DNA of 64,000 nucleotides from Erysipelotrichaceae bacterium (GTDB lineage Bacteria; Bacillota_I; Bacilli_A; RFN20; CAG-826): NCBI GenBank assembly GCA_015059105.1, contig SVBB01000004.1, positions 5,144 to 69,143 of the forward strand, read 5' to 3'. Shown piece by piece: positions 61,610 to 64,000 of this stretch (position 1 is its first letter; each line of letters starts with the position of its first letter). The notes under the pieces were generated by a model. It saw only the letters and a program-made list of their open reading frames with translations, ran no database searches and was not told where the DNA came from. The position numbers and the translations under genes were made by a program.

Positions 61610-63448
61610 ATGAAAAAAGGTGGCTCTATTGCATTCTGGATATTATTCCCAATTCTCACCCTTATTTTTAGTGGAATTATCATTTTCTATTTCGATTTAG
61701 CAAATGGTCCGCTTTATCTATTTATCATCGAATGCGTTTGCTTAGGTCTATTTATTGTTTCTAGAATTGTTTTAAGACATCAAAAATTCGTCTTTAGAAT
61801 GATTCCAACATTATCGATTGTGGTAATAACCGCTTTAACGATTGGTTTTGCTCGTCCATCTATAGAAAGAAAATCCGCGGCTTATTATTCTAATCCGGTC
61901 GCGACTGAAGTATTAACTTTAAAAAATGGAAAAGTACAAGGCGTTTATAACCAAGATAAAAAAGTAGAGATATATGCAGGAGTTCCTTATGCGAAAGCTC
62001 CGATTGGAGATTTGAGATGGAAAGAACCCCAACCAGTTGAAGATTGGAATGGTGTTAAGGACTGCTCATATTTTGCTCCAAGAGCAATGCAAAGTGACCA
62101 ATCCCCTGTTATATCTACTTTAGTAGATATGTATGCAGAGAAATCCTGGCATCCTGATTATAATATGCATCCTAGACAAGAGATGAGTGAAGATTGCTTA
62201 TACCTCAATATTTGGCGACCAGCTAATATAGAAGCTCCTGTTCCAATTCTTGTTTATATCCATGGTGGTTCTCTTACTAGTGGGTCTTCTGCATATGAAG
62301 ATTATAACGGTGAAGAAATGGCTAAAACTGGTGTAATCATGATTACCATTGCTTATCGTCTTGGAGTATTCGGTTATTTCGCTCACGAAGATTTAGCGAA
62401 AGAATCCGCGAATGGCACAACTGGTAACTATGGCTTATTAGACCAAATCCAAGCTTTGAAATGGATCAATGAAAACGCTTCATATTTTGGAGGAGACACT
62501 AATAATATCACGATTGCTGGCGAAAGCGCGGGTAGTTCCTCTGTTTCCGCTTTATGCACCTCTCCATTAGCCAAAGGCTTATTCAAAAGAGCGATTGGTG
62601 AATCTTCATCCTTAGTCGTGAAGCTCCCACCTCATACATATCGTAAGAAAGATGTCGCTTTAAAAATGGGCAACGATATCATGAAGGAATTTAACTGTTC
62701 TTCTATAGAAGAATTAAGGAAGATTCCTGCGGATAAACTCATTACCACAAAATACGAAAATTCCGCGATGACCCTTGATGGATATGCTTTAACAAAAGAC
62801 CCATATCAAGTATATGTCGATGGTGAAAATAACGAAGAAGCATTATTAAACGGCTATAACGTCTTAGAAGCAGATGCCTTTGTCATTCCTACTTATCTAT
62901 TATCTCCAACTAATAAAGACAATATTTTAGAAAGACTTAAAAAGTCTTTTGGAGATATATACGGTCAAAAATTCTATGACTTATATCAAGAGAAGATCAA
63001 TAAAGATGCTTTCGCGGCTTTTAATGAAATATTCTCTGTTTATTGGTTTATGTATCCGCATTATAGTTGGATGAATATCGCTTATCAAAATGGCTTAGAT
63101 GTCTATTCATATCAATTCACCAAGAATAACGGCTTCCACGGCACATATCACTCTGGTGAAATGATATATGCCTATGGCAATGTTAAAAAAGATAATCATT
63201 CATATCGATATGATCAAAGTGGAAGTGATACATATTTATCTTATGTGATGCTTTCTTATTGGAGCAATTTTGCGAAAACGGGTAATCCAAATAACGCCTC
63301 TAATTTACCAACTTGGCATAAATATCAATCCGATCAAGATTATATTATGGAACTCGGACTACGCATCGGAGATAAAAACATCGAATATAAAGATGCTTTC
63401 GCTTTATGCGATGAATATAGCGAATATCTTTTAAAAGGAAATTATTAA
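61610..63448 (+). CDS. Membrane-anchored carboxylesterase type B (para-nitrobenzyl-esterase-like)
   Basis: Two N-terminal TM helices are present. GESAGSSSV is the GxSxG nucleophile elbow and VYIHGGSL is the oxyanion region. Confidence 0.8.
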   Translation: MKKGGSIAFWILFPILTLIFSGIIIFYFDLANGPLYLFIIECVCLGLFIVSRIVLRHQKFVFRMIPTLSIVVITALTIGFARPSIERKSAAYYSNPVATEVLTLKNGKVQGVYNQDKKVEIYAGVPYAKAPIGDLRWKEPQPVEDWNGVKDCSYFAPRAMQSDQSPVISTLVDMYAEKSWHPDYNMHPRQEMSEDCLYLNIWRPANIEAPVPILVYIHGGSLTSGSSAYEDYNGEEMAKTGVIMITIAYRLGVFGYFAHEDLAKESANGTTGNYGLLDQIQALKWINENASYFGGDTNNITIAGESAGSSSVSALCTSPLAKGLFKRAIGESSSLVVKLPPHTYRKKDVALKMGNDIMKEFNCSSIEELRKIPADKLITTKYENSAMTLDGYALTKDPYQVYVDGENNEEALLNGYNVLEADAFVIPTYLLSPTNKDNILERLKKSFGDIYGQKFYDLYQEKINKDAFAAFNEIFSVYWFMYPHYSWMNIAYQNGLDVYSYQFTKNNGFHGTYHSGEMIYAYGNVKKDNHSYRYDQSGSDTYLSYVMLSYWSNFAKTGNPNNASNLPTWHKYQSDQDYIMELGLRIGDKNIEYKDAFALCDEYSEYLLKGNY

Positions 63449-64000
63449 AATGGCAGATGAATTATTGATTGGTTCTCACGTTGGTTTAGGGGGACCAGAT
63501 TATTATTTAGGAAGCGTGAAGGAAGCTCTTTCTTATGGAGCGAATACTTTTATGTTTTATACTGGCGCTCCTCAAAACACATACCGTAAATCGCTTGATG
63601 ATATGAAAATACCTGAAGGTAGAGCACTTATTAAACAAGCAGGTATCGATGAATCAAAAATAGTGGTTCACTGTCCTTATATCATCAATCCGGCAAATTT
63701 CTCTAAACCAGATTTATATGCTCTATCAATCGATGTTTTAGTTTCTGAACTGGTTAGAACTGCCGCTTTTGGAGCGAAGATGTTAGTCCTTCATCCTGGT
63801 GCTTCCGTTGGTCAAGATAGGGAACAATGCATCGTTGCTATTGCAAATGCAATAGATTTAGCCTTAGAAGGCGCGCATAACGATGTAAAAATCGCTTTAG
63901 AAACTATGGCGGGAAAGGGTAGCGAAATGGGCATCACTTTTGAAGAGATTAAAGCGATTATCGATCATAGCAAATATCCTAGTAAGCTCGGCGTTTGTTT
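63449..64000 (+). CDS. nfo: Endonuclease IV (N-terminal ~184 codons; the gene continues past the window end)
   Basis: MADELLIGSHVGLGG...ANTFMFYTGAPQN is canonical Nfo. The ATG overlaps the esterase stop. Confidence 0.85.

Overview
This is a low-GC (~33%) Firmicutes/Mollicutes-like chromosomal window, resembling Erysipelotrichia or Acholeplasma. It uses the standard genetic code: TGA ends many well-conserved genes, so this is not a Mycoplasma-type code. It is mostly conserved housekeeping synteny, broken by small accessory insertions.

In order, the window contains a partial lipoprotein, a large membrane protein, fba, an HTH-MNT/HepT(HEPN) toxin-antitoxin pair, nrdG, a convergent nrdD(with C-terminal glutaredoxin-like fusion)-trxB operon, mscL, add, a Cys-rich lipoprotein, potABCD with Mollicutes-style extensions, and typA. 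Two tandem type II TA loci follow (Phd/PIN and Phd/RelE-ParE), then a T-box leader with alaS-ruvX-DUF1292. Next come a split short-chain chromate transporter pair, an M32 carboxypeptidase, greA, and comEA-comEC. An AbiEi/AbiEii + LMW-PTP + acetyltransferase island is inserted before holA/rpsT. After that come an acyl-CoA synthetase-ACP fusion, a YfcE-like phosphoesterase, fmt, a nuclease-XPD-type helicase, and lepA. A degenerate Fic-like protein plus a small membrane protein are inserted before hemW. These are followed by CIRCE-controlled hsp20, a lipoprotein alpha-amylase, and the CIRCE-controlled hrcA-grpE-dnaK-dnaJ operon. The window ends with a C39-peptidase-domain membrane protein, ybeY-era-recO-glyQS-dnaG-sigA, trmK, Nif3, ispH, a membrane-anchored type-B carboxylesterase, and the start of nfo.

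The most unusual signals are two. First, a roughly 60-110 bp intergenic cassette recurs five times, each copy sitting immediately upstream of an ATG. Two copies carry an identical terminator hairpin and an identical 33-nt core. The cassette precedes both TA loci, comEA-comEC, the C39-domain gene and a small-ORF locus. Second, a candidate type I toxin-like 26-aa hydrophobic peptide lies in the hsp20-amylase intergenic region; its 3' end is embedded in a convergent intrinsic terminator.
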